Positions 24,514-38,646 of a stretch of DNA of 64,000 bases are shown here, piece by piece. Position 1 is the first letter of the stretch, and every line of letters begins with the position of its first letter. Under the pieces are notes generated by a model. The model saw only the letters and a program-made list of their open reading frames with translations, was not told where the DNA came from and did not search any database. This DNA comes from Camelus dromedarius (taxonomy: Eukaryota): NCBI RefSeq assembly GCF_036321535.1, contig NC_087436.1, positions 101,682,001-101,746,000 on the forward strand. The letters run 5' to 3'. The position numbers and the translations under genes are program-made.

Positions 24514-27500
24514 GGATGTGTAAGTAAGGCTAATATTGACACATAAGACTTCTACTAAACTACTTGATTCAGGGAAATAATTAATTTATTCTTATGCATT
24601 TTGGTGTCATAAAGGCATCATCTCTGATTTTTTATCTCCTGTTCTTTACACATAGGTTGAAGACTGTGTAACAGATTCTATATTTTCCTATGTAGTCCCT
24701 AGAAATATGTAGGTGTTTAAAGTAATGCTGGATTTTTCTGCCAACAGAGTTGTTCTCACCACCTGCTATGGATGCTGCCGGATTTCATGTCATTCTTCAG
24801 GTTCACAAGCCTCAAGATAAATGTTCAGACATGTTCTCCTTCACTATGATTGATGATATCAATAGAAAGAACATAAATTCTACCACAAAGTCAGATTTCC
24901 TCTTTCCCGGATCAGTCTAAGCTTACACTTAAAAATCAGACAAAGAGAAAGAAAAATAAACATCTTAAAGAGACAAGCATCTCAAAACTATATGTTCTGC
25001 AGCAAAAATGCTGAAGAGCATACAATTAATGCTGAAAAAGTCTATGACTAAACTGAATGGAATGGCTTGACGTTAACCTCATCAGGGCAGAGACCATCAA
25101 TCCACCACCTTAAGTTAGACGTGCGCTCTAAGCTATATGAAAGGGAGCAAAGGTCTTCAAACACTATCAGTGTCACTGGATGAAGCGTTACAGCTGAATT
25201 TTTCCATTCTACTTCACACCTATTTAAGAGGGAAAAAACACTATTTGGAAAAAAAAAATAGAATAGTCCTTGTTAACAAAGGCAATAAAATGATGAGGCA
25301 ATGAAAATACATGTAAAATCTTCTTCCTAGATAGGAAACCTAGGATATTTGTATCCCTTCACTTTCAAATATAATATTATAAATCCCTCAATTGTATATT
25401 CTTTCTCTTCTGAGCTCTGGTTCATATTTTCAAATCAAGTACCTCATAACCATCTAGTAGAATTTTGCTGAATTCTTGCAATGCTTTGTTTAACTCTAAT
25501 GATAATATTGTTTGTGATAAGATCTGTGTTTATTGTAACACATCTGTTCTTGCATTAATTCAGACCAGGAGGGGAGAGCAATTCAACGAAAATTATAGAG
25601 TAAAATTAAAAGAACACAAGGTTAAAATCATAGGACAAGAGATGGAGTGATACCCTCTGCTTTAGTCACAGTAAGTACTTTTTAAGGTAGAAATCTTTTC
25701 TAAAATTCAACTTTGTATACCTGTACTTTTTATATCACAACTGTGAGGATCACAGTTGTAGAGTAAGTAAGTAATTATTTGGCAAATAATTGATGTTGGA
25801 TGACTGGTTGACTGTCACCTCCATGGAAAATTTAATAGGAGATTGCCATTTAGGCCAGACCACACCGAATATAAAGCTTTTCTGTACTTCCTCATTTCAC
25901 ATCTGGCCTTTCTTTTTCTCTCCTACTAGACACAATCATTGTTTCATAACCTTGTACTATTCTACCCCATCCGGCCTATGTTTTTTGGTTTGAAAAAATT
26001 GTTTGATGACTGTCAATATATTATTAAGGAAAAAAAACTTAATACATTGTACATGAGAGTGTTTAAATATGTGACACTATAATCATTGAGGAATGATGGA
26101 CAGTGATTAGGAAAGGAGAAGAGGAACAAATTAGGAGACCCACAGTGGAGAACCCCTGAAGTTAGGGGTTATTTCTGGCTCTAAAATTAGTGAAATATTA
26201 GTTTGAATAGGATAAACAATGTGAATGTGGTTGAAATTCCACGACATTAAGAGATTACATCTGCTCCTATATTCATGTTGTTGTTTTTTCTTACATCTGA
26301 GCAATTCTGAGCCTGACATATATTTCAAAGATAGACATAAATGTTTTTGTCTGCAAACCCCAGTGTGCATCGAAGAGAGAGTTCTGGAATTTTTATATAC
26401 TTTCCCGGGACAGACATAATTGGCTGAGAACCTCCGATCATAAGCTCATGACCTCATTCAAGGAAGGAAGCTGTTAGTAGAACTTCTCTGTTTTGTGGTG
26501 GCAGCATTAACAAGCATTCTGATGTATTTTTTCAAATTCCCCTTCATACTAGAAAATCTTTCTCTAAAAGCCTTGTATATTCCACTTGTTCTATTAATGT
26601 GAATTTATATTTCTGAGAAAGGTGTGTCTAGTTCTTCAAGGATATTATAATGGAATAATAAATAATAGGTGCAATCTATATGCATGTCCCCTAGAGAGAA
26701 AACTTTAAATATATAATAAATTTTAAACAAAGGTCTTTAGGTCTATGAAAGGGAAACTGGCTAGAGGTTTCCTAGAATATGCTTCTATGCAAAATTGTCT
26801 GAATATTCATTTAAAGTAGGGAAGTAGCTCATGTGAAGGCAAGACAGAGATGTATGAGTTGGAAATAATTTATATGGAGAAAAGAGTTCAAACTACAGAA
26901 ATCAATTAGAAGAGAAAGGATGGAGATTGAGAAGAAAAGGAAGATGAGGTCAAATCATAAACAAACAAGCAAAAACACCCAGTACAAGTGACTCAAAGAA
27001 TGGAAAGATCAGAGATATAAGGAGAAAATTGTGCAAATAGATATAATGGAATGTCACTGAATCAAATTAAAGTTTTGTTTTGTTTTTTTTTTCAGCATTG
27101 CTGATTAACAGTGTCATGTAAAGAATTTAAGTTAAAGAAAGAAAACATTTTAAAAAGAGCCATTGGACTTGATTAATTCGTATTTTTTTAAGAAACCAAT
27201 AGGAAGCATTCCTATTGTTAAGTCTTGGTAATAGGTGGAATCTCATATTGGAAAAGTAAAATTATTAAGTTAAATAAGGAAAACTATTATTTATTTCTAT
27301 GACTTTTCAAAAGATTCCAAACAATCTCCACCACTCCCACCCCTCCACCCCGGTTTAATAACAATGGCAAGATCTTTGAATACCCCAAGACCAGACGTGT
27401 GTCTAAGAGTACTCCCTTATGAATGAAAACAGATTTTAGGAAAGTAGTTCAATCTATACCTTAGAGCAAGAAAAATTCAGAATGGTGCTATTGCCAAAAA

Positions 27501-27629
27501 ACAAGGATGCTTTAAGTAAGTCAGGGGTTGTTCCCAGAGAGCTGTGTAGTTATACTAATATCATGTGATGTAAACTTTAAGGCCCAAATAATAGTAGAGG
27601 AAGTAATGTATTTTTAAATAATGAAATGT

Positions 27630-29590
27630 TTAAGCCAACTGTGTAATATAACAATTATAAATTTGTATGTACCAAATAACTTAGAAAATATGACAAGCAA
27701 ATACTGAAAATAAGTAATTGAAAATCTACCATTATAATAAGGAGACATTAACATACATCTTTCAGGATATTAAAAAAAAAGTGAAGGTCTATATATCAAA
27801 CAGTTACAAAATTATCTGAAGAAAAAACTTCACCTTACAAAGAGAGAATATGAAATATTTACCAAAATTGCCAATTTAAAAAGCACATATTTAGCAAATT
27901 TAAAGGGATTAAAATCATTCAAAGTATGTCTTTTGGTCATAGTGGAATTAGCAAACAACATAAATTTAAAAATGCTTTTAAATTAAATTCATTTAGAAAT
28001 GAAGCAATATAACTCTAAATAAGCCGTATGTTATACTAGTTATGACTTAATTATTATGAAAATAGGACATACTAACAGATGATTAGCCTCAAATATATAA
28101 GTTCAAAGAGAAAATGACAGAAAATCAATTACCTAAAGACCCAACTCAGAAAGAACAGAAAAATTAAACCAAAGGAAAAAGAGCACATCATACAGCAGTC
28201 AGTGAGATAGAGAGCAGACACACTGCAGGCAAAACCAGCAAAGCACCATGTGTCCTTATGGGCTAACCTAGCACAATTGCTAATCACTTAGAAAGCTCGA
28301 AAACAAAAGGTGACAAGGCACAAAGTACCAATGTCAAGATAAAATGTGCATTGCTATCGACCTCAAACACATTAAAAAATAAAACAGTAAGAAAACATTC
28401 ATTATCACATTTGATAATTTAGATTGAGTGGAAAAACTTCTATAAAATATACTTTACTGAAATTTGAGAGTAGGCTGAAAACAGTAGTAATATAACTTAC
28501 GAAACTGTAAATCTGATTAATTTTTTTACAAAGGAAAATACAGATTCATGTGGCATCACTAATAATTTCGTTCACAAATACTTGAAGAAGAGCAAATATT
28601 GTACAAAAATGTTACAGAGCAAAAAATTAGAAATTCTTCCCTACGTATTTTGTTAGGGGGTGTGTCTTTGATAATCACACTAAATGAAAACAAGATCACA
28701 GGTTAACTCTTTCCCTAAACATGGATGCAAAGTAATAAGCAAAATCAGAGAAAGTTAAAGCAATATATAAAAAAGATAATAATTGTGAATTTCTTAAAAG
28801 CATGTGAAGTTGGTTTGCTCTATGAAAATCAATGTGATTCACCACATTAATAAAATAAGAAAAGTATTATCATTACCTCAGTAGATATAGTAAAAGCACA
28901 TGATAAAATTCAAAATCCATTTTTATAGAACTGTTTAGTAAAATAGGTAGATAAGTTAACAATTTGATAAAGAAAATTTATAATAAATGACAGCAGCCTT
29001 TATATCTAACAACAAACTATTGACAGCTTTTCCACTGAGATCAAGCTATGCGAAGGGATAACTGTCTCACTACTTTATTTAATGTTCTCCTCTAAGTCAT
29101 AGAGGGTTAAGTAAGAAAAGATAAATTTTAAAAGTGAAAATTGGAAACATAAAACATTAAAACCGCTATTATGGGCAAAATCAAGTAATTTCCAGCATGA
29201 CATATCTAGTACCTTCAAGGAATCTAAGTAACATTATTAGATGCCATAAATAATATCAAAAACAAAAATAAAAATTGATATACAAGCCAAGAGATCATTA
29301 GAAAAGGAAATTTTATATATTACTATTATAACAGCAGTAAAAACATCAAATGCCCATGGATAAATATGACAAAAGTGCAAAATATAGAGGAACCTGTAAA
29401 TTATTATTGAGAAAAATTAAAGACCTCAATAAATGAAAAGATATAATATATTCATTAATTCTGAGACTCACTATTTTAAAGATATAAATTTTTGCTAAAC
29501 TGTTTTATAAAATTATTATTAGTTTAATAAAATCCTAGAATGTTTTGAGGATTATTACTAATAGAATTCTAAAAATTTATGGAAATGTGG
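27630..29590 (+). mobile_element. Highly decayed old L1M ORF2 (endonuclease to RT region)
   Basis: Remnants acaattataaatttgtatgtaccaaataac, aatcaatgtgattcaccacattaataaaataag, gcacatgataaaattcaa, aagacctcaataaatgaaaagatata. No open frame. Confidence 0.8.
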
Positions 29591-30084
29591 TACTAGAGTA
29601 AAAATCAAAGTAGTCAAGAAAAAGGAGGAGGTGAGGAGAGGAGAGCAGGAAGTAACTTTGTGTTCTAATTCTACTCTGTGTGACTTGCTTATTCAGTATG
29701 ATACTTAAATATTTACTGGTGTATGTATTGCTTGAAGTATTCAAAATAATCAATTATTTTCACTTGTAATTGCCATTGAAATAGCTCAAGAGAAGTTACT
29801 GAATTTAGTGTAATCAAAGTCTAAGTGATAAAATGGTGTTTAATAGATATATAAGTATTGAATATTTAATAATGTTATATATTTTTAGGATTTAGATAAA
29901 TGATAGCTAGTAAGAAAGAAATGTAATTTTTTTTAATTGAAGCACTCAGCAAGGTATAAATAACTAAGATTACTTCTCTGGTTCAAGATAATTGGGACTA
30001 TTACCTATCAATGCCAGTTAAAAATAAAGACAGAGAGTATATAATATCTTATAGGAACATATTATATGACTTCATATAAAACAG

Positions 30085-30308
30085 AGTTTTAATATTTGTT
30101 CTGCCTCCTACTCATTGTGAGTTCTTAAACAAGTCACTTAGACACTGATTTCCAGTTTATTCCTCTTTAAAAAGAGAAAAAATAATGGTATGGATATATA
30201 GGGCTATTCTCAAGAGTAAATGAGAACACAATTCACGTACAGACATTAACACAGTTCTTCACATACAGTTAGCCTTCAATTGCTTTTAAGTATTATTATT
30301 ATTATTAC
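30085..30308 (+). mobile_element. MIR SINE
   Basis: ctgcctcctactcattgtgagttcttaaacaagtcactta...gagtaaatgag, with a (tat)n tail. Confidence 0.7.
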
Positions 30309-30529
30309 TGTTAATGAAATGTTCTAATAAAGGGGAAATAGTGATTATTTCATAGAGTAGCAAGTTTGTGAAAATTTGTCCTTTTAAGGGCTTGGTATGG
30401 AATTGTCGTAAGGTCATCTCTGATGTATTCTATTGGTAGTCACAGGATGAGCCTGAATTCAATGGGATGGAAAATGAACTTAATATTTCAGAATGAGAGG
30501 AAGAATCTTTTATTCCATCTCACTATCCA

Positions 30530-30933
30530 AGATCCAAATCACAGCCTTTAAGAGGTTTGAAGATGCTTTCTGCTTCTTGGAACACTCCGTCTTAGAAGCC
30601 TCCTTATCAGAGCCAGCTGTCAGGCTGTGAGAAAGCCCAGGCAGCCATGTGCAGGAACCTGCATGGGGCAGAGTCAAGACCCCAGTCAACAGCTCTCAGC
30701 TTAGCTTCCATCTGATGGCCAGCACCAAATTGTCAGATGGGTGTAAGCCATCTTGGAAATGAAGGTAAAGAATGTTCTAGTCCTGGCTGGACTGCTCACC
30801 TTAAGATACCTAAAGCAGAAGCAGGTTGTCCCCACCAAGCCCTGCCTCAGCTGAAAAACTTCAAAATCTTATAACTTATTTTGTTTGTTTTAAATTTGCT
30901 GTGTTTCGAGTGCAAATACAGATACCTGAAACA
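30530..30933 (+). mobile_element. MLT1 (F/G/H-like) LTR
   Basis: gccagctgtcaggctgtgagaaagcccaggcagccatgtg...agccatcttggaa...ccaagccctgcc...gatacctgaaaca. Confidence 0.75.
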
Positions 30934-32714
30934 AGTAGCTAGAGAAAGTTTGAAGCAGTCTAATAGTGAATGATGGATATATATTTCTCCAGATACTGAA
31001 AAAAAAAATGAAACAAGCAAACAAAATAACAAGAACAGAGAGTATGGTAAGAAGTGGAGGCAGTGATACATCACTTATATACCACTATCAGTGAGGTAAC
31101 TCCATCCAAGGAACAAAAATATCCAAGACTATAAAGGAGAGATCAATAAAAGCTAAATTAAAGGGATTCTGAGGAGATTGAAATTTAGAGAAAAATAGCT
31201 AACTTCCACAAATTGGTTTGTTTACTTACACCTTCTGTTCACACATAAGGAACATAAATTATGATTTATGAGAGACAGAAGGTTACTTTACATATCTACA
31301 GAAGGCTTCCCTGGAATTGATCCAGTCTAATGGTAAAATTAAGTGGTGAATGCCCTGAAATATTATCACATAAGTTGGAGACAGACCCATACAATAACCC
31401 ATGCACTTACAGTCCTTTTACTAACAAATGAATGTAATGCTGAGAGAGAGAACATCATTCTTACCAGTACACTTACCAGGACACATAGAAATTTAAGATG
31501 TTAGCGTTATATTTTCCTTTCTGTGAGAGTTTCTTTAAGTAAAGCCAAATTCTATAAAAACACATACTTTAAATGCTGCCTTATTCAGAGAGATATCTCT
31601 AAAGTGATTCAAAATAACTTATTTTAAATTTAATCCACAGTATTGAGTTTAATATATTATACACACATATATTACACACATATAAATGTATATGAACACA
31701 TATATACATTTAGTCATATACATGTGTATTCACCCATATACACTAACATATAGGTTAGGAAAAACATCATTGAGGAAGTGATTTAAATGTGATTGACAAA
31801 GATAAAAAATTATAGAGCGTCCTGATTTTATGCATAGAGTTGGATTTTACCTGGGAAGTATTTGGAACAATTAAAAATCTTTTTAACGAAGTAGTCTTAT
31901 TTTTCTTTCTGATTATCTAACGTGTGCTAATATTAGGAAATGTAAAAAAGAAGCTGAATTTTATTCTATATTTCAATATTTTATATTTCTTGCCTTTAAA
32001 ATTGTTCAAATGTATTTTAAATTGCTTTATGCTCATCATGATAAAAGAGCTTAAAATATTTAGAAGGTGAAAATTTAAGATATATTTCAATAAGTGGTAT
32101 TTAAAATACAAAAGTCCTGATGAAGAATTTGGAGTATATAAAGGATAGTAATTGCTTTCGGAATGGATAAGTAGATAAAACAGAAAGAGTAAGAGTTTTT
32201 GAGATGGTTGATTGTAAAAACCCCATATTTATATATGAAAGAAACATATCTATATACATCTAAATATCTATCTGATTCAGAATAAGAAAGGTTAGTGTAT
32301 ATAATTTGCAAAGGGAAAACTGTAAAATCAGAATCTGTACTTTTTGATGGTTGCTTCACAGTCAAATGCACATAAGCAATTTTGCATTGAGTGATCCAGA
32401 GTGAGTTGCAGTAGACGTTTAAGTATTATATGGTGATTAATAAACTCTTTAGCAAAAGCAGACAAGGGAAACATAGGCATAGCAATAAAATAATTGGAAT
32501 ATACTACATAAAGTTCTGTATTGTTATTTTTTCATTTTTATATTCTGATTAAACAACTATTTTAAAATAACATATTTAATTATTTTGCAGTTTGATTGTT
32601 GAGTTTGGCGCCATCATAGATATTCATATCACTCCCATTTATTGCTGGCATTTAGACAGAACTGAAACCCCAGGTATCAACATTTTCACTGAATATGGAA
32701 TTAGCGAGTGAGAT

Positions 32715-33028
32715 GAAAAAAGCTGAACTCATAGAAACAGAAAGTAGAATGGTGGTTACCAGGGTAAATTGGAGAGATGCTGGTCAAAAGTACAACTTGC
32801 AGTGAGAAGGTGAGAAAGTTCTGGAGGTCTAATGCATATTATATACTTCAAAGTTTCTAGGAGACTAGATCTTACATGTTCTCACCACACACACACACAA
32901 ATGCTACTGGTGTGATGTGATGGAGGTACTAGCTAACGCTAAGAGGGTAATCATATTGCAGTATATAAATGTATCAGATTAGCATGCTTATACCTTAAAT
33001 TTACGTAATATCAATTATATCTTAATTC
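32715..33028 (+). mobile_element. L1MA/MB-type 3'UTR fragment
   Basis: aactcatagaaacagaaagtagaatggtggttaccagg...gtatataaatgtatcagattagcatgcttataccttaaattta. Confidence 0.8.
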
Positions 33029-33069
33029 TAAGAATGATTGTTTTTCAATAGCAGCTTTGCAGGTGAAGT

Positions 33070-33563
33070 AACTCCATCTCTAACCTTTCAACTGCTGCCA
33101 CATTTGAAGATGTGAGTCAGTCACCATCTTGCGCCTAGATTTTTACTATACACTCCTAAGTGGTCTCACTACATCTGTCCTTGCTCAGCAAGTTGGTCCA
33201 TGTCCACCACAGAATCCAGAATAAATCTGTTAAAATCAAAGTCTAATTGTATCACTGCATGCAACCTTCTCGTGAAAGACTCTCATTCAAAGCAGCAGCC
33301 ACATTTGTAAATACGACCTTCAAGACCACATGGAATACTGCCGTTCCATTACTTCTCTAATCTCTTGTTCCTAGAACTCAGCCCTTGCTCCTTGTTTTCT
33401 TTTTTCCCAGCCATCCAGATGTCCTACTTTTTTTGGACACAACTGTATATCTGCTCTCACCTCAAGAAGCACTTTGCAATTGCTCTTCCCTCACCCACCT
33501 CTCATTAGGTCTCTTTTACTTGTCACCCTCTTAGTAATGCTTTCCCAGTTCACTCTATCTACA

Positions 33564-33597
<34 letters not shown>

Positions 33598-33650
33598 TAC
33601 AAGAGTTTGCCATTGTGCTTTTTCTCTTTGAACCTAATACCATTTAATGT
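33070..33650 (+). mobile_element. L2 fragment with internal (CA)n near 33567-33594
   Basis: caccatcttgcgcctagat...ctcctaagtggtctc...ccaccacagaatccagaataaatctgttaaaatcaaagtctaattgtatcact. Confidence 0.65.
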
Positions 33651-33995
33651 TCTCTTATATATGTATACAATATATCTCATTTATTATTTATATGTATGCC
33701 TTGATGAACACAAATACCCAAATCTAAGTTATAAGTAAAATACTCACTTAAAAATCTAATATGATAGACGATCTAAATTTTAGTCTCTGTCTTTGGTTAA
33801 GCATGTTCTTGAAAAACTTTCCCATTTGTTGACACTTACTTATCTGTATACATGTCCTTTCATTGAATTAGCACTCAGCCATGAGCTTATGTATGAGAAA
33901 TATTCCTATTAAAATATTTATTATATTTATTCCACCATGTTAGTGCAAATTGCAAGATTTTATTCTTTTTTATAGCTGAGTAATATTCTATTGTA

Positions 33996-34215
33996 CAATT
34001 GACCCCCGAACAATGTGAGGTGGGTAGGAGTGTTCGCCCTCTGTGCAGTTGAAAATGTGAGTATAATTTTATAGTCAGTCCTCTGTAACTATAGTTCCAA
34101 ATTCATGGATTTAACCAACTCCAGATTGTATAGCCCTGGAGTACCTATTTATTGAAAAATATCCATGTAAAAACAGACCCACACAGTTCAAACCCCTGTT
34201 GTTCAAGGGTCAACA

Positions 34216-34216
<1 letters not shown>
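33996..34216. mobile_element. MER8-like non-autonomous Tigger (Tc1/mariner) DNA transposon
   Basis: Terminal inverted repeats caattgacccccgaacaa and ttgttcaagggtcaac, a TA immediately before it, about 220 bp long. Confidence 0.85.
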
Positions 34217-34260
<44 letters not shown>

Positions 34261-34268
34261 TGTATGTG
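34217..34268. repeat. (TG)n microsatellite
   Basis: Visible TG run. Confidence 0.95.
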
Positions 34269-34767
34269 CCTGTATATCACATCTTCTTTATCCATTCAAA
34301 ATATAAGGGACACCCAGGTTGCTTCCATATCTTGGCTATTGTAAATAATGTTGGAATGAACATAGGGGTGCATGTATCTTTTCAAATTAATGTTTTTGTT
34401 TACTTCTGATAAGTACTCAGTACCATACACTACAGCAATTTCAGTCCTGGGTAAAAGTGATTTTTATACCCCTATTTTGGAATTCTATATTCTATGTTTC
34501 TTCACTTACTTGAGTTATGTGACTAAATACCAGATCCTATAAACAGGGGCTGAAAAATAGCTGAAATGGCTATTTTTATGAGTATTTATTAGTTTAGTAA
34601 ACCTCTGTATAGATATTGTTAATACAAAACTAATTAAATAATGTGAGTTACAACATTTCAGTGTGTGTAAAATAGTAAAAACTGATTATGGAGCAGGATA
34701 CTTAACATTTTTTTCCTGATTCTGCAAACAACTGCTTCTGTACCCATGGATAAAATTTCTAATTTTC

Positions 34768-34972
34768 CTTTTTTTTATTGAGTTATAGTCAGCTTACAAT
34801 GTTGTGTCAATTTCTGGTGTACAGCACAATTTTTCAGTCACACAGGAATATACATATATTCATTTTCTTATTCTTTTTCACCATAAGCTAATATAAGATC
34901 TTGAATATATTTACCTGTGCTATACAGTATAAACTTGTTTATCCATTTCTATATATACCTGTCAGTATCTAC
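34768..34972 (-). mobile_element. Young L1 3' end with perfect TSD
   Basis: ttattgagttatagtcagcttacaatgttgtgtcaatttctggtgtacagcac. TSD aaatttctaattttc at 34753-34767 and 34973-34987. Confidence 0.92.
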
Positions 34973-35139
34973 AAATTTCTAATTTTCTGAGTAATATTTC
35001 TTAAGTTTGAGAGAGAGGAAAGAGAAAAATAACGTCTAATTTTCAAATGTCTTTAGGATGTAGGTATTTAAACACAATATTCTGTAAAGATTCAAATTTT
35101 AAACAAATGAAAACAGAAATATTTTAGCTCAAGACTCTT

Positions 35140-35692
35140 ATTTTTGTTCCAGGTGACAGTAATTATCCTAGTGTCAACAGGAAAGAAATTATTGAAAACA
35201 TATCATGTAGCCAGTAGAACTGACAGGAAGACAGGGGAAACGAGTTTAATAAAAGGCAGAATCCAAGGGATGCCAGAGAGCTGAAAGTACAGCCAAGGTC
35301 AAAGCTAAGGAACAAATTGGTTGAAATACCCTCACTGGCATCACTGCCACTGGACTTCTGACATTGCTACTGGTCGACACTCTCAGATGACACCACTAAC
35401 TATGCGTGTTATCAAAGCCGTGAATAATTTCTCAAGTCCCCCTGTGGCTATGCCTTGCTTCTGTAAGCTTCAATGATCTTAGACATGGATACATAATGCA
35501 GAGCCTACATCTCTACAAAATCACTGCCCATTGGGTTTTTGTTGGGCTTCTAGAGAGAGGGAGAAATGGCCTTTTTTTTTTGCCTCAGAAGGTATGACTC
35601 TGCCAACAAATCTCATCCAATGAGAAACTTACTTCAGAATGAAGTGGTGTTGAAATACCGCATAGCAGATATCACAAATACCCTCCAGCACA
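35140..35692. mobile_element. Possible very old ERVL/MaLR LTR
   Basis: More GC-rich block with LTR-like content ending ...ctccagcaca. Family not assignable by eye. Confidence 0.3.
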
Positions 35693-36479
35693 TACCTAAG
35701 GGTCTTAAAATTTCATAAAATAATATTTCTCTTTTCTTTTATTCTCTAGTTTATTTATAAAATATTTGTGCTACTTACTAAGCTGATTTTACATATAACC
35801 AGTGTACCAAATCCTAGATTTTAGAAAACTATGTTCTACAATATTCGCTTGCTTCTGGGAGAATCAAGCTTAGTTTTGATTCTTGAATGTGATTTAAAAA
35901 TATAATAAATGGGTCAGTACTTACATCTTAGGTAAGTATTGAAAATGTATTTTCCATGTTTCTAAACACACATTCCTCAAAATTTGAGATAAAATGAGAA
36001 AGAAATACAAACGATATTTACAGGAAAAGTCTGACATTGTTTTTTAAATAAGGAAATAACTATTTTGTAACATGAATAATAATCACCATCATCTTATGTA
36101 TTATGTTTTGTAAGCTCTGATTTTCCTAAGTTAAACCAGCCTATAGTTTCCCCATTATGTTAAAATAATATAAGGTGTAGGCTAATTTAATCACAATTAT
36201 GGTCCATTTATCAAGTAATATTTCTATCTGTAAAACATTTTAAGTTTCATCTAAAACAATTAATTTCTGCTATAAAAATTATCAAAATATAAATAATAGG
36301 ATAAGGGCTCAAAATATATTAGGAAGTATTTTAATTAATAAAATCAGTCAGTATGTGTATAAATACTACTACATTTTGCATTAATATATAGTATGTGATA
36401 GGACATTGTGGTTTATATTAAGCAGATTCCATTTGTATTCATAATTTTTGTTCCAAAAATGAAGTTAAAGGTAAAATTT

Positions 36480-37974
36480 TATAAATGTAGTCAACTAATG
36501 TTTGACCACAAAACAAAGGCAATACAATGGAGCAAAGATAAACTTTTCAACAAATGGTCCTGGAACAACTGGTCATCCATATCATGCCAAAAAAAAAAAA
36601 AAAAAAAAGAAAAAGAAAAAGAAAAAGAGCTAGACACAAAACTTACACCCTTTACAAAAGTTAACTCAAAATATATCAAAAACTTAAAGAAACTATACAA
36701 AGTATAAAACTCCTATAGACAACACGGGAGAAAATCTAGATGTTCTTGGCTTTGGTGAGGACTTTTTAGATACGATCCATGAAAAAATAAATTCATAAGC
36801 TATAATTCAATTAAAAAAAAAACAACTCTGGGAAAGACATTGCCCAGAGAATCATAAGACAAGCACAGACTGAGAAGGGATATTTGCAAAAAATACATCT
36901 GATAAAGGATTTTATCTAAAACACAAAAAGAACACTTAATACCCAACAATAAGAAAACAAACAACTCAGTTAAAAAATGGGCTGAAGACCTTAACAGGCA
37001 CTTCATCAAAGAAGATACATAGATGACAAATAAGCATACACAAAGATTCTCCACATCATGCAATCAGGGAAATGCAAATCAAAACAATGAGATAACGCTA
37101 CACACACATTACAGTGACCAAAATCCAGAACACTGGCATCACCAAATCCTGGCAATTATATAGAGCTACAGGAGCTTGCAATCACTGCTGGTGGAATGCA
37201 AAATGGTAGAGCCACCATGGAAGATAGTTTGGAAGTTTCTTGCAAAACTAAACCTACTCTTACCATAAAAGCCGGTAATCACACTCCTTAGTGTCTGCAC
37301 AAAGGAGCTTAGAACTTACATCCACACAAAAACTTGTAAACAGATGTCTCTAGCTGCTCCATTCATAGTTGACAAAATTTAGAGGCAGTCAAGATGTTCT
37401 TCAGTAGGTGAATGGATAAATAAATAGTGGTACATCCAGACAAAGGAATGTTATTTATCACTAAAAAAAAAATAATAATGAGCCATCAAGCATTCAAGAG
37501 ACATGGAAGAACATTAATTGCATGTGACTAAATGAAAGAAGTCGATCTAGAAAAGCTGAACACTGTGTGATTCCAACTATATGACATTCTAGAAAGGCAA
37601 GATGATGGAGATGGTATAAAGATCAGTAGTGGCCAAAAATTGGAATAGATAGGAGGGAAGAATAAGTGGAAGACAGAGGTTTTCTTAGGGCAGTGAGATT
37701 ATCCTATTTAATACTATAATAAAGGACACCTGTGATTATACATTTGTCCAAACACATAGAACATCCAATACCAAGACCTAGGCCTAATTAAACAATGTAC
37801 TCTGGGTGAAAATAATGTGTCAATGTAGTTTCATAAATTATGTCTCACTCTGATGGGGAAGACTTGGGATAGGCTATGTCTGTGTGAAGGCAGGGAATAT
37901 AGGAAATCTCTTTACCTTCTGTTCAACACTGCTGCGAATTTAAAACTGCTCTAAAAGTAAGGTCTATTAAAAAA
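36480..37974 (+). mobile_element. L1MC1/2-like ORF2 C-terminus and 3'UTR
   Basis: ORF2-like peptide [27 protein letters not shown]. 3' end aaaactgctctaaaagtaaggtctattaaaaaa. Confidence 0.9.
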
Positions 37975-38573
37975 GATAAAACTTGTGAGACTTTAATCTT
38001 GATAGATCTCATGTGTTTTGGAAATAAAGCTAAAAATCCTACGATATCCTAGAAGATGCAGGGTGAAGAACTGAATGACTGAATTGAGTATGAATTTGAC
38101 TAACAATAAGATTTGGTCAAATAAGTTTTTTAGTTAGCTTTCATATAGCACCGAGATAACCAAGGCACATTAATGAAACCCTTTGACATAAAAGTAAGCA
38201 TATTGCAGCTCTTTCCATTACAGCAGGAAAATACTGATGGTTCTGAAAATAAAGAAGGCAGTGAATGAAGTGGCAAAGAGAAATAAGATCACTGAATGTG
38301 ACAATATAGTAAGATAGTTTGGTAACAAGGATGGGAATTCCTCAAGTAAGGAACTGAGAATATGCAATTACAGTCAAAACTGTTTTTTTTTTAAGAATTA
38401 TGAAGTAAATATTGGAAAAAATTATATTTAAGTAATGTATTCACATATTTACTATATCAAAGTTTATATAATAATTGACTCATAAGAGATAGACATTCCA
38501 GAGTATTTTTGATATGCACAAATATTAAATCCAGCAATATTATTTCCCATATAAATAAAACCACGTTTCTTAC

Positions 38574-38594
38574 CTTGTTCTTCAATACATAATT
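38574..38594 (-). other. Candidate 21-nt microexon
   Basis: Minus strand cccattttattattttggcttgctctag|AATTATGTATTGAAGAACAAG|gtaaga. Frame-preserving length, with UGC just before the acceptor. Confidence 0.25.
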
Positions 38595-38646
38595 CTAGAG
38601 CAAGCCAAAATAATAAAATGGGATGAGCCAAAAAAATGATATTTAA

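Larger units (their letters stand above)
33930..34425 (-). mobile_element. L1 3' fragment interrupted by MER8 and a (TG)n tract
   Basis: tattcttttttatagctgagtaatattctattgta resumes after the insert as tatatcacatcttctttatccattca...cttggctattgtaaataatg. Confidence 0.8.
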
